From contig CAVUPE010000024.1 of assembly GCA_963743265.1 (NCBI GenBank), positions 34,430 through 98,429 of the forward strand: a DNA stretch of 64,000 bases. Reading direction: 5' to 3'. How positions within the stretch are numbered: position 1 is the first letter of the stretch; every line of letters starts with the position of its first letter. The position numbers and the translations under genes are program-made. Origin of the DNA: an uncultured Alphaproteobacteria bacterium (lineage in GTDB: Bacteria > Pseudomonadota > Alphaproteobacteria > Rhizobiales > Beijerinckiaceae). Below are positions 31,600-41,991 of this stretch, in pieces. Under the pieces are notes generated by a model. It saw nothing but the letters and a program-made list of their open reading frames with translations. It was not told the origin of the DNA and made no database searches.

Positions 31600-32409
31600 T
31601 GGGGATCTCCGAACATCGCCGGCGGCGCCGTGACGCCAAACCCGCCGTCCACTGGCAGAATCGCCCCGGTGGTGTACGCGCCGCCGCGCCCGGTCAGGAA
31701 CAGGAGCGCGCCGGCGATGTCGTCCGGGCGCCCGACGCGTCCCATCGGCACTGCCCGCGCGCTGCGCGCCAGGCCCGCCTCGTCGCCGGTGGCGAACTTG
31801 TTCATGTTGGTCGGAAACGGTCCAGGCGCGAGCGCGTTCACAGTCACCTGCTTCCCCGCAAGCTCCGCCGCGAGGATGCGGGTCAGGTGATGCACCGCGG
31901 CCTTCGACGCGGAATAGGCCCATGCGGTTTCCGACTGCGTCACGTACCCCATGACCGAACCCATGTTGACGACGGTCGAAGGCCGCTCGCGCGTCGCAGA
32001 AGCAATCAGCATCGGGGCGAGATCGCGCGTCAGCGTGAAAAGCCCGGTCACGTTGACGTTGAGCACGCGATCCCACGCCTTCCAGGGGAAAGTCTCGAAC
32101 GGTTCGCCCCAGTTCGCCCCGGCGTTGTTGACAAGAATGTGCAAAACGTCGGCGCGCTTGCGGGTCTCCGCCGCTAGCGCAACAACGCCGGCTTCGTTGG
32201 CGACCGTGCCGCCGAAGCCCTCGCATGGGCCCAGTGCGGAAAGCTCCTGCGCTGCGGTCTCGCAAGCCTCCGCCTTGCGCGAAGCGATCAGCACCCGCGC
32301 GCCGGCGGCAAGCAGCGCCTCGGCGCAGATCCGGCCAAGACCGGTCGCGCCCGCCGGTCACCAGCGCGGTGCGGCCCCGGACGGAAAAAAGCTCGTTTGC
32401 GGCGATCAT
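31596..32409 (-). CDS. SDR family oxidoreductase; frameshift ~32350
   Basis: ALVTGG.TGLG, ILVNNAGANWG, YSASKAA, NALAPGPF. Confidence 0.9.
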
Positions 32410-32525
32410 GGCTCCCCGCGCAAGTCGCGATTTGCTAAGGACCATAGCAATTCCGCGACAAACGCCAAACCGCGGCCCCGAACCGCCGCGAGGCTGCAGG
32501 TTTGGCTCGAAAAAGGGGACAATCA

Positions 32526-33086
32526 ATGGCTCAAGAAGCGCCGCTTCGTTTTGCGGTCATGGTGGGCAGCTTGCGCAAGGCCTCGTTCAACGCGGCGATC
32601 GCCCGCGCTCTGCCGGCGCTCGCGCCGGAAGGGGTGACGATCGAGCCTCTGCCCTCGGTCGGCGAGTTTCCGCTCTACAACCACGATGATCAACTTGACG
32701 GTTTCCCGCCGATCGTCACCGCCACCGCGGAGGCGATCCGCAAGGCGGACGGGGTCGTTGTCGTCACGCCTGAATACAATCATTCGATTCCGGGCGTATT
32801 GAAAAACGCCATCGACTGGATCTCACGCTTGCCCAATCAGCCCTTCGCCGGAAAACCAATCGCGCTCGAGACCAGTTCGCCGAGCCTGTTCGGGGGCTTG
32901 AGAGCGCAACTGCATCTGCGCCATATGTTTGTCTATCTCGACGGGCGCGTCCTGAACAAACCGGAGGTCATCATCCCCCAGGTCAACACGAAAATCGACG
33001 CCGCGACCGGCGAATTGACCGATCCGGCGACGCGCGGCTTCATCGCCGACCAGCTCAAGGCCTTCGCCGCCTTCGCGCGCGGTTGA
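32526..33086 (+). CDS. NADPH-dependent FMN reductase (ChrR/YieF-like)
   Basis: GSLRKASFN, VTPEYNHSIPGVLKNAIDWISR. Confidence 0.92.
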   Translation: MAQEAPLRFAVMVGSLRKASFNAAIARALPALAPEGVTIEPLPSVGEFPLYNHDDQLDGFPPIVTATAEAIRKADGVVVVTPEYNHSIPGVLKNAIDWISRLPNQPFAGKPIALETSSPSLFGGLRAQLHLRHMFVYLDGRVLNKPEVIIPQVNTKIDAATGELTDPATRGFIADQLKAFAAFARG

Positions 33087-33133
33087 CGGGCGATCCGCGC
33101 GCCGACCGGCTCCATTCCGCCTGCGCGGCGGCG

Positions 33134-33895
33134 TCACGTCAATGCGAAACTCAGCAATTCTCTGAGGGTCGTACCTGTCCCGTCAGGGACAACGCCGAGT
33201 TCCTCAGACGTGGCGTTCAGACGGTTCACCCAGAAAGTCGGGTAGCCGAACGCCTTCGCGCCCGCCGCGTCCCATCCTGCAAAAGCGGCGAAAACAATGT
33301 CCTCGCGCTTCAACGCGAAAGACTTAACGCCCATCTCGTACGCTCGCGGGTCCGGTTTGAACGCTTTCACCCGATCCGTGCTGAGAACCTGCTCGAACAT
33401 CCCGTCCAACCCGGAAGCCGCGATGCAGGAAGTGAGCATTCGATCCGTAAAGTTTGATAAGAGCCCCAGCCGTACTCCAGACTCTTTTAGCCGCTTCAGC
33501 GCCGGAACAACGTCAGGCCAGGGTTTCAGATCGAGGTACGCGTTCATCAGCCGCGACAGCTTTTCCTCATCGCGGACAATGGCGAGCTTGCTGGTCGCGA
33601 AACTGAGCGCATCCCGGGTTACGCTCCAGAAATCGGCGTACTGGCCCTCGAGGGTGCGCAGCCAAGCGTATTCGAACTGGCGCGTCCTCCACTCACTGCC
33701 CAGCTCTGCGCCGCGCCCCGGATAAAGCTCCTCCGTGAGGCTGAAGACCGGTCGGGGATCAAAAATCGGGAACGCGTCGAAAGCGATGGCCTTGACTTTG
33801 ACGCCCGCCCGGGCAGGTGGGCCGGATGCGACCGGGCCGGTCGCGGCAAGGGCTCCAGACGCAAGCCTGAGAAGTTCCCTTCGGCCGAGCTTCAT
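33134..33895 (-). CDS. Haloacid dehalogenase type II family protein with Tat signal
   Basis: MKLGRRELL twin-arginine leader; IAFDAFPIFD, WRTRQFEY, LSN, KPDPRAY, WDAAGAK. Confidence 0.88.
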   Translation of the reverse strand: MKLGRRELLRLASGALAATGPVASGPPARAGVKVKAIAFDAFPIFDPRPVFSLTEELYPGRGAELGSEWRTRQFEYAWLRTLEGQYADFWSVTRDALSFATSKLAIVRDEEKLSRLMNAYLDLKPWPDVVPALKRLKESGVRLGLLSNFTDRMLTSCIAASGLDGMFEQVLSTDRVKAFKPDPRAYEMGVKSFALKREDIVFAAFAGWDAAGAKAFGYPTFWVNRLNATSEELGVVPDGTGTTLRELLSFALT

Positions 33896-33967
33896 ATTTG
33901 GTCCCTCCTTGACGGGCGTCGCCTGAGCGCCGAGGTTAAATCATCCTCGACACGGTGCTTCCGGATT

Positions 33968-34793
33968 ATGAAAGTCTCGCTCATCCAGATGAATTCGATC
34001 AGCGACAAGGCCGCCAACATCGCCGCGGCTGAGGCTCTGATCGAGCGGGCCGTCGCAGAAGAGAGCCCGGACTGGGTGCTTTTGCCGGAACAGTTCGACT
34101 GGGCGGGTGGCTCGCGGGCGGAGAAGCTCGCCGCCGCCGAGCGCCTGCCGGGCGGCCCGGCCTACGAAATGGCGCGCGGCCAGGCGATCAAGCACCGCAT
34201 TTTCGTCCACGCCGGCTCGATCATGGAGGCGATCGACGGGCGAGGACCGCTATCACAACACGTCAGTCGTCTTTAATCGCGAGGGCGAGGAGATCGCCCG
34301 CTACCGCAAGATCCACCTGTTCGACGTGATGACTCCCGACGGAACCGCATACAAGGAGAGCGCGACGGTGAAGGCGGGCGACAAGGTTGTCACCTACGAT
34401 TGCGAAGGCGTCACGGTTGGCTGTTCGATCTGCTACGATCTTCGCTTCCCCGACCTCTTCCAGGCGCTCATGGAAAAAGGCGCGCAGATGATCGCGATGC
34501 CGGCCGCCTTCACGATGCAGACCGGCAAGGATCATTGGGAGGTGCTTCTGCGCGCCCGCGCGATCGAAACCGAGACCTATGTGTGCGCCAGCGCCCAGAC
34601 GGGCTCGTTCACGGTCGGCAATGAGCAACGGCACACTTATGGCCATTCCCTCGTCGCCGACCCCTGGGGCCATGTGGTCGCCAAGGCCTCGGACGGCGTT
34701 GGCATCGTCTCGGCCCGGATCGACATGGGCCAGGTGGAGCGCGCGCGAAAGCTCATTCCGGTGGCGCAGCACCGCAAGCGGCTCAGCGACTAG
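33968..34793 (+). CDS. Carbon-nitrogen hydrolase (Nit1/deaminated glutathione amidase-like); frameshift ~34240
   Basis: LLPE, YRKIHLFD, SICYDLRFP, PAAFT, LRARAIE, GHSLVADPWG. Confidence 0.9.
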
Positions 34794-34942
34794 TCCTGAG
34801 GAACCTGCGTAGCCGGCGCTATGTTATTCAGTCGCGTATCGCCAGTGGCGGCATCGCCCTCCCATTGGGTCGTGGAGAGATAAAAACGCCATAAACGGCG
34901 TGATATTGTGGTGGTGCCTCTAATAATAATTGGAGTCATTTC

Positions 34943-35692
34943 ATGGCCATCAAATATATTGCTTGCCGGACGCCTGTAGCGGCGATGCGCATCGCGAGTG
35001 CGGGTTTGCCGCGGTTCTCACGACATTGGCGGCTTCCGACGCTTACGCCGATCAGAATTTGGTCACGTACGAGCTTACCGGGGTGAGCCCCCCAACGCCT
35101 TTCGTGCCGCCTACATCTGTGGCGATTGGCATCATGGGCGACAACATCACCCGTAATGGCGGTCTTGTAGAGGAGGATGCGACGAACGGTTTCAATTCGG
35201 CTGGCTGGGACACCCCCGGAGGTTACGTCGCCTTCGGATTTACCGTGACGAGCGGACACGAAGCCGAGATCAGTTCACTCATGCTCTCGACGCGATCCTC
35301 GGCGACCGGCCCCGGGTCCATGGATCTCTTGCTGTCCGTGGACGGAGGCGCTTTCACGACGTTTCAAACTTTTCTTCAGCCAAACGCCATGTTCCTCGAT
35401 ACGGACCTGACCTTCGCGCCGATCGACGTTAAGAGCAGCGCTGTTTTCGAATTGATGGCGACGCCCGGGGCCAAGGCCGCGAACGGCGGCGCCATCGGCC
35501 CGGCAGGAACGTTCCGGGTAGCCGACTTCTTTGACGGTCAGGCATTCTTCCCGATCACGATCGATGGTTCCGTAACGTCGAACGGCAGGGGCGCCCGAAC
35601 CCTCGACTTGGGCGATGATGCTGCTGGGCTTCGCGGGGCTCGGCTTCGCCGGATATCGGGCGTCGCGAAAGGCCAACGTCACGGTGGCCTAG
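34943..35692 (+). CDS. PEP-CTERM (PEPxxWA) protein; frameshifts ~35003 and ~35590
   Basis: RBS ggag; signal ending AYA-D; C-terminus [27 protein letters not shown]. Confidence 0.85.
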
Positions 35693-36711
35693 GCTGGCAC
35701 GACGTATGGGAACTTGTCGGCCCGTTGGTTCTTGGCGACCGACGGCTTGAGCCCAGACGGGATAGCGGTTCCGGCGACCAGAGACATCATCACTTCGGGC
35801 GCGTTGTCGGCCAGCGTCCTTCCGTTTCGGACGGCGAAGCCGAATGTCGCTGGCGTTCCCACCACGTAGGGCAGGACATCGGGGAAGAGTTCGCGAGCCA
35901 CGGTCTGGCCGTAGCCCTTTGGGTCGTCCGAGGTCCCGCTGGCCTTGACGACCGCGGCGATATGCTCGGCGATGTGGTCGCCCTCCGCCTCGAAGTCTTT
36001 GGACGGGTGCCTCGTGTCGACGGGATTGGTGAAGTGAACGTCGTCTGGCCAGAAGATTGGCCACATCATCGGATACCCGCCGCGATTGATTTGCCGCCAA
36101 CCGCCCGCGTCTGTGGCGAGTTTGGTGGCGCACCAGACGCCGATGCGAGCGCCGGGTTTGAGTTGGGGATGCCGGTGTGACACCTCGAGCACAATCGATT
36201 CTACCATGGTGCCAGCGAAGTTGTTCTTCGCGTTCTCTGGACGCCAACCCGAAAGGTCGACCGCGGTCCCGTCTTTTACCGCTCCGTTGACTTTCCCCAG
36301 AAGGGATAGGTCGACGTAGAATGAATCCGCGATGCGTCCAGCCCACAGCCGCGCCCCGCCGGCGCTAGCCGCCTCGCCCGTCCGGCCTTGCACGACCAGA
36401 TCGCCAGTCGCGGAATCCTCGCGCGCGTCCTTGCCGATGAGAGCGTGCAGCTTCATCGCTTGGCGTCCGTCCGGGCCCGCTTCATCGAAGGAGATGCGGT
36501 AGGTCAGGGTTTCGAAATCGGCTCTGTCGAAATGGACTTTGAACTCATAGCGCGCCTCATGATGAAACCCTGGCTTTACGTGGACGCCCGTAATATTCGA
36601 GTTGACGTCCATGATGAACACGGTGCTGTCGGCGGCGGAGAACACGTATAGATCATCGATAAAGAGTTGGCCGTTCTGGGCTGCAAGAGGGGTATCGAGA
36701 TGATGAGACAT
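35689..36711 (-). CDS. DUF4331 family protein
   Basis: MSHHLDTP...DDLYVF, QINRGGYP, FPDVLPY, NGRTLADN, FPY; no signal peptide. Confidence 0.8.
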   Translation of the reverse strand: MSHHLDTPLAAQNGQLFIDDLYVFSAADSTVFIMDVNSNITGVHVKPGFHHEARYEFKVHFDRADFETLTYRISFDEAGPDGRQAMKLHALIGKDAREDSATGDLVVQGRTGEAASAGGARLWAGRIADSFYVDLSLLGKVNGAVKDGTAVDLSGWRPENAKNNFAGTMVESIVLEVSHRHPQLKPGARIGVWCATKLATDAGGWRQINRGGYPMMWPIFWPDDVHFTNPVDTRHPSKDFEAEGDHIAEHIAAVVKASGTSDDPKGYGQTVARELFPDVLPYVVGTPATFGFAVRNGRTLADNAPEVMMSLVAGTAIPSGLKPSVAKNQRADKFPYVVPA

Positions 36712-37058
36712 GAAACACTCCCTTTTCCCGTTATTTTTGCAGTTTATCGGTGACAGGCTTACGGCAGACAAGGCGGCGCTCTGTCTGATTTCCATAGCGA
36801 GCCGGCTTGTCATCTTCAATGGAAGTCGCTCCCGCCGCCGCATTCTCATGCCGGCGCGCCGGGCTTCCCTGACCGGCCAGGGCCTCAAAATTGAACGTCT
36901 GGCCGCGATAATTGTGCTTGGATGCGAACCGACCACGCGAGATAATGCAAACGCTTCAACGGACTGCGCCGGACGCGCTTCCTCTAACTCTAAAGCAGCT
37001 AAGAGCGTTGACGGGCGCGTTGAACCGCGTGCGAAAAGACGTTTGGCGGGACAACGCG

Positions 37059-37766
37059 ATGGCGGACGACGAACTCGACCTAAAAACCCTCACCGACGAC
37101 GAGCTCGTCCCGCAGATGCACGACGACCTCTACGACGGGCTCAAAGAGGAGGTCGAGGAGGGCGTGCGAATTCTGCTCGACCGTGGCTGGGCGCCTTACA
37201 AAGTCCTGACCGAGGCTCTGGTCGAGGGCATGCGGATCGTCGGCATCGACTTCCGCGACGGCATTTTGTTCGTGCCGGAAGTGCTGATGTCGGCCAATGC
37301 GATGAAAGGGGGCATGGCGATCCTGCGCCCCCTTCTCGCGGCGACGGGCGCGCCGAAAATGGGCAAGATGGTGATCGGCACCGTCAAGGGCGATATCCAC
37401 GACATCGGCAAGAACCTCGTCTGCATGATGATGGAGGGCGCGGGCTTCGAAGTGTTCGATCTCGGCGTCAACAACGGCGTCGACAAATATCTCGAGGCGA
37501 TCGAGAAGCATCAGCCGGAGATCGTGGGCATGTCGGCGCTCCTGACCACGACGATGCCCTACATGAAAGTCATCATCGATACGCTGAAGGAGAAGGGCAT
37601 CCGCAACGACCATATCGTGCTGGTTGGCGGCGCGCCGCTCAACGAAAGCTTCGCCGAGGCGATTGGCGCCGACGCGTATTGCCGCGACGCGGCGGTGGCG
37701 GTGGAAACCGCGAGGGCGCTGCTCGCTCGCCGGCAGGGGAGTCTGCAGGCGCGCGAGAAAGTCTGA
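37059..37766 (+). CDS. Stand-alone corrinoid (B12-binding) protein
   Basis: Cap domain DDLYDGL...GILFVPEVL; GDIHDIGKNLV (DxHxxG); MSALLTTTM; VGGAP. Confidence 0.93.
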   Translation: MADDELDLKTLTDDELVPQMHDDLYDGLKEEVEEGVRILLDRGWAPYKVLTEALVEGMRIVGIDFRDGILFVPEVLMSANAMKGGMAILRPLLAATGAPKMGKMVIGTVKGDIHDIGKNLVCMMMEGAGFEVFDLGVNNGVDKYLEAIEKHQPEIVGMSALLTTTMPYMKVIIDTLKEKGIRNDHIVLVGGAPLNESFAEAIGADAYCRDAAVAVETARALLARRQGSLQAREKV

Positions 37767-37879
37767 GCGCAAAGGGCGTGGGCGAGACAAGACCAAAGGC
37801 TGTTAAGAGTTTGCCGGCGACCGGAGAGCGCGCAGCCGAAGTTTTCGCCGAATCAAGCTATCCCCGCAGCAGGGAAGGC

Positions 37880-38480
37880 GTGCGCAAAATCCTTGTCATC
37901 GCCTGCGGCGCCTTGGCGCGCGAAGTGCTCGCGCTCAAGCTTGAGCATATCGACATCGCCTGCCTGCCGGCGCAACTTCACAATCACCCTAAGCAAATCC
38001 CGGAGGCGATGCGGGCGAAAATCCGCGCCAATCGCGAAGCCTACGACGAGATCCTCTGCCTCTATGGCGATTGCGGAACCGGCGGCGAGCTCGATCGCGT
38101 GCTCGAAGATGAGGGTGTAAGGCGCATCGAGGGCGCGCATTGCTACGAATTCTATGCCGGGGGGGCGGCGTTCTCGGCGCTGGCCGAAGAAGAGCCCGGC
38201 ACGTTCTACCTCACCGATTTCCTCGTCCGCCATTTCGACGCGCTCGTCATTCGAGGTCTCGGCCTCGACCGGTTTCCTGAGTTGCGCGACAGATTACTTC
38301 GGCAATTATCGTCGGGTCGTCCATCTGGCGCAGTTCGAAGATCCAGATTTGGAGACGAAGGCCAAGGCGGCGGCTGAAAGGCTCGGCCTCGCCTATGAGC
38401 GCCGCTTCACCGGCCTCGACGGGATCCGCTCGTTTCTCGAGGGCGCGACGCAAAAGAAGGACGAGGCGTGGCCAGCCTGA
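37880..38480 (+). CDS. DUF1638 domain protein; frameshift ~38290
   Basis: VIACGALARE, CLPAQLHN, YGDCGTGG, GAHCYEF, FYLTDFL, YFGNY. Confidence 0.85.
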
Positions 38481-38773
38481 CCATCCTTTACTGGCGCGAC
38501 ATTCCGAGTCAGGTCATCGTGAAAGCCGGACGTTCGGCGGCCAAGCGCCAATTGTCGGAGCGTTTCATTCGCGCGATCGACGCGGCGGCGATGCATGCCG
38601 GCGCCAAGAGCGACGATGCTTATCTTGCCGAATGGCGGCGCAGCGAGCCCGTGCCTTGCGGGGACGACCTCGAAATCGAAGCTGAGGCCGCCGCCGCACG
38701 GCTCGAATCCGAATACGACACGCATCGCCTGGCGATTCTGGCCAAGCACGACGGGCGCGAGAACCCGGCGTGA
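38468..38773 (+). CDS. 'Virulence factor' family small protein (corrinoid-cluster associated)
   Basis: ILYWRDIPSQV, LSERF..AIDAAAM, DAYLAEWR. Confidence 0.8.
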   Translation: MASLTILYWRDIPSQVIVKAGRSAAKRQLSERFIRAIDAAAMHAGAKSDDAYLAEWRRSEPVPCGDDLEIEAEAAAARLESEYDTHRLAILAKHDGRENPA

Positions 38774-38809
38774 TCGCGCGAGTTGAGCGCCGGCCGCGCA
38801 TCGCGCATG

Positions 38810-38906
38810 TGTCACCCCCGCGAAAGCGGGGGTCCAGGCTGTCGAAGGTTTTCCGGACAAGACATGCGCGGCTTCCTCTGGATGCCCGCTGTTCGCGGGC
38901 ATGACA
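38810..38906. repeat. REP-like inverted pair
   Basis: tgtcacccccgcgaaagcgggggtccag ... ctggatgcccgctgttcgcgggcatgaca. Confidence 0.8.
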
Positions 38907-38916
38907 GGTTGATCTC

Positions 38917-40923
38917 TTGACCCATCGCATCGTTTTCACGCCCTCCGGCAAGCGGGGCGAGTTCGCCGAAGGCGCGAGTTTGCTCGAAGCGGCGCGCGCG
39001 CTCGGCGTCGATCTCAATTCGGTGTGCGGCGGACGAGGTATTTGCGGTCGCTGTCAGGTCGATATCGCCGAGGGCGATTTCGCCAAGCACGCCATTCGTT
39101 CCAGCGCCGGTCATGTGACGCCATCGGGAGAGGTCGAGGCCCGTTATGCCTCGAAGCGGGGGCCATTCGCTGCCGGCCGCAGGCTTGGATGCCAGGCCAG
39201 GATTTGCGGCGATCTTGTCATCGACGTGCCGCCCGAAAGTCAGGTTCACCGGCAGGTCGTGCGCAAGCGCGCGGAGACGCATCCGATCGAGATCGACCCG
39301 GTCGTCCGCCTCTATTACGTCGAGGTCCGCGAGCCTGATATGCACGAGCCCGCGAGCGATCTAAGGCGTCTCCAGCAGGCTTTGCACGAGCAGTGGGATC
39401 TCCAGCGACACTCACGCCGATCTCGCGACGCTCGCTGGCTTGCAGAAGGCGCTGCGCGCGGGGCAATGGAAGGTCACCGTCGCGCTGCGCAAGGGCCGCG
39501 ACATCGTCGCGATCATGCCGGGCTTCGCCGAGCGCGCCTTCGGCGTCGCGATCGATGTCGGCTCCACCACCATCGCCGCCCATCTGACCGATCTCAGTGA
39601 GCGGCGAGGTCGTCGCCGTCAGTCGGGGCGATGAATCCGCAGATCCGCTTCGGCGAAGACCTGATGAGCCGCGTCTCCTACGTGATGATGAACCCGGGCG
39701 GCGACAAGGAGCTGACGCGCGTGGTGCGCGAGGCGATGGACGCGCTGATCGGCGAAGCCGCGGGCGAGGCCGACGTCAAGCGCGGCGAAATCCTGGAAGT
39801 GACGCTGGTCGGCAATCCGATCATGCATCATCTCGTACTTGGCCTCGACCCGACCGAACTCGGCGGGGCGCCATTCGCGCTGACCATTGACGCGGCCTAC
39901 GAAGCGCGCGCGCGCGAACTCGGCCTCGACGTCGCGCCCGGCGCGTTTGTCTACGCGCTGCCCTGCATCGCCGGCCATGTCGGCGCCGACACGGCCGGAG
40001 TCGTGCTCGCCGAGGGCCCGCACCTCAAGGACGAACTGACCCTTCTCGTCGATGTCGGCACCAACGCCGAGATCGTGTTCGGCAATCGCGAGCGGCTGTT
40101 CGCCTGCTCATCGCCGACCGGCCCGGCGTTCGAGGGCGCGCAGATCTCCTGCGGCCAGCGCGCGGCGCCCGGCGCGATCGAGCGCGTGCGCATCGACCGC
40201 GTGACGCTCGAGCCCAAGTTCAAGGTGATCGGTTGCGATCTGTGGTCCGACGAGCCGGGCTTCGCTGCGGCGACATCGAATATCGCCGTCACCGGCGTTT
40301 GCGGTTCGGGGATTATCGAGGTGATCGCCGAGATGTTCCTGGCCGGGATCGTCTCGGAAGACGGCGTGATCGACGGCGAGCTCGCGGGCCGAACCCCGCG
40401 CATCGAACAGGTCGGCCGCACCTTCGCTTATGTGCTGCACGAGGGCGCGCCGCGGCTTCTCATCTACCAGACCGACGTGCGCGCGATCCAGCTCGCGAAG
40501 GCCGCGCTCTATGCGGGCGCGAAGCTGCTCATGGAGCGCGCCGGCGCTAGGCCCGAGCGCGTCACGCTCGCCGGCGCCTTCGGCAGCCACATCGATCCTC
40601 TCTATGCGATGACGCTCGGCCTCATTCCCGATTGCGATCTCTCCAAGGTCGCGAGCGCCGGCAACGCGGCTGGAACAGGCGCCCGGATCGCGCTTCTCAA
40701 TCTCGCGGCTCGGGCGGAGATCGAGAGCGTCGTCAGGCGCATCGACAAGATCGAGACGGCGATCGAGCCCGACTTCCAGCGCCATTTCGTCGCCGCGATG
40801 GCGTTTCCAAACAAGGAAGACGCCTTCCCCAATCTGGCCGATCAGATCGCGCTTCCCCCGCGCAAGGAGCCGAGCGGAGAGGGCGGTCGAAGGCGAAGGC
40901 GCGCTTCCGCACAGACGAGTTAG
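38917..40923 (+). CDS. ASKHA-domain reductive activator of corrinoid proteins (RACo/RamA-like, DUF4445) with N-terminal 2Fe-2S domain; frameshifts ~39405-39625
   Basis: CGGRGICGRC...RLGC, DVGSTT, NPQIRFGEDLMSR, DVGTNAE, GPAFEG, GVCGSG, LAGAFG, GNAAG. Confidence 0.9.
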
Positions 40924-41064
40924 TCCACGACACGACCTTCTCGCGCCGCCAGCGCGCGTTGCCGGATATCTCGCTGTGATCTCGCCGCCGAATTGGAGCG
41001 CGAGCGTTCGCGCGTTGCGTTTCGTTCCCTTTGGCGGCGCCGTCGGGTTGACTGAGCTTTCAGT

Positions 41065-41808
41065 TCACGTCGCTTGACGCCGTCGATGTCGGAGCGCGGC
41101 GAGGGCAAGCAATCCACTGCCCATGAGGATCCAGGCGCTCGGCTCCGGGACCGCAGCGGTCGCGACCTCGAACTCGGTGATTGATCCGAAGAACTCAAAG
41201 CCATCGAGGGGGCGTGTCGCATCGTGGCCAAAGAACTCGAATGTGGATTGCGTATTCAGCAAGCCAAGGTCCACGGCTGTCGGAAAGCCTGTTCCGCTCA
41301 AGAATGAGGGGCTGTCAGAGTCTAGCCTAATCTCGAAGGTGTCGACTTGGTTTCCATTAGCCACAAATGACCAGTTATTAACAATGAAGACTTCGTCGGT
41401 CCCAAAAAAACCGCTTCCGTTCTCGGCAATTCTCACGCCGAAACTCGATGTGGAATACGTCTCTTGTGGAAACGGTCCGAAGGGCCCGATCGTTAGACTC
41501 AGGGCTGACGGCGCTAACGTCGCACCGTATTGCCCGATGTCGGGCGAGGCGTTGACGTCGGGTAACGACGTATCGATGGTCAGCGTTCCTTGCAATGTGT
41601 CGCCCACTTGCGCGGATTGTAGGGTAAAATCCTGGAGATTTGCGACGGCCGCGCCAATCCGAGCCGCAAAGTTGTACGTGATGGTGGCCGCATAGCTCGG
41701 CGTCGCCGCCAGCGTGGCGACGACAAGTAAGAGCTTCCGAACGCCAATGATTTTAGACCGTGACGCTCGCGGGGCGGCGACCATCGCAAAAATGCGCGCA
41801 GTATACAT
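41065..41808 (-). CDS. PEP-CTERM protein
   Basis: Signal ...ATPSYA-ATITYNF; C-terminus VPEPSAWILMGSGLLALAALRHRRR. Confidence 0.88.
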   Translation of the reverse strand: MYTARIFAMVAAPRASRSKIIGVRKLLLVVATLAATPSYAATITYNFAARIGAAVANLQDFTLQSAQVGDTLQGTLTIDTSLPDVNASPDIGQYGATLAPSALSLTIGPFGPFPQETYSTSSFGVRIAENGSGFFGTDEVFIVNNWSFVANGNQVDTFEIRLDSDSPSFLSGTGFPTAVDLGLLNTQSTFEFFGHDATRPLDGFEFFGSITEFEVATAAVPEPSAWILMGSGLLALAALRHRRRQAT

Positions 41809-41991
41809 CTTGCCCTCCTTCGAGGTGGAGGCGACGTAACGCTCGGACCGACAAATGTTAATAAGCGAGTTCGTCAAGAAAAGCTACTCGAAGCGCGTGT
41901 GTGGGGCTACAGCCTGAAGTTCTCATGGGTCGCTTCGCATACGCTCGAGATGACGACTAGGCTCGTCTATTCGAACCTCGGAGTCGTCCGC

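Noticed and set aside
34930-36180. 416-aa ORF as a single protein overlapping DUF4331
   Set aside because: Artefact of a frameshift at ~35590. The real C-terminus is the PEP-CTERM tail ending at 35692.
36712-37058. Cobalamin riboswitch upstream of the corrinoid module
   Set aside because: I could not find the conserved B12-box or core elements by eye; an Infernal search would be decisive.
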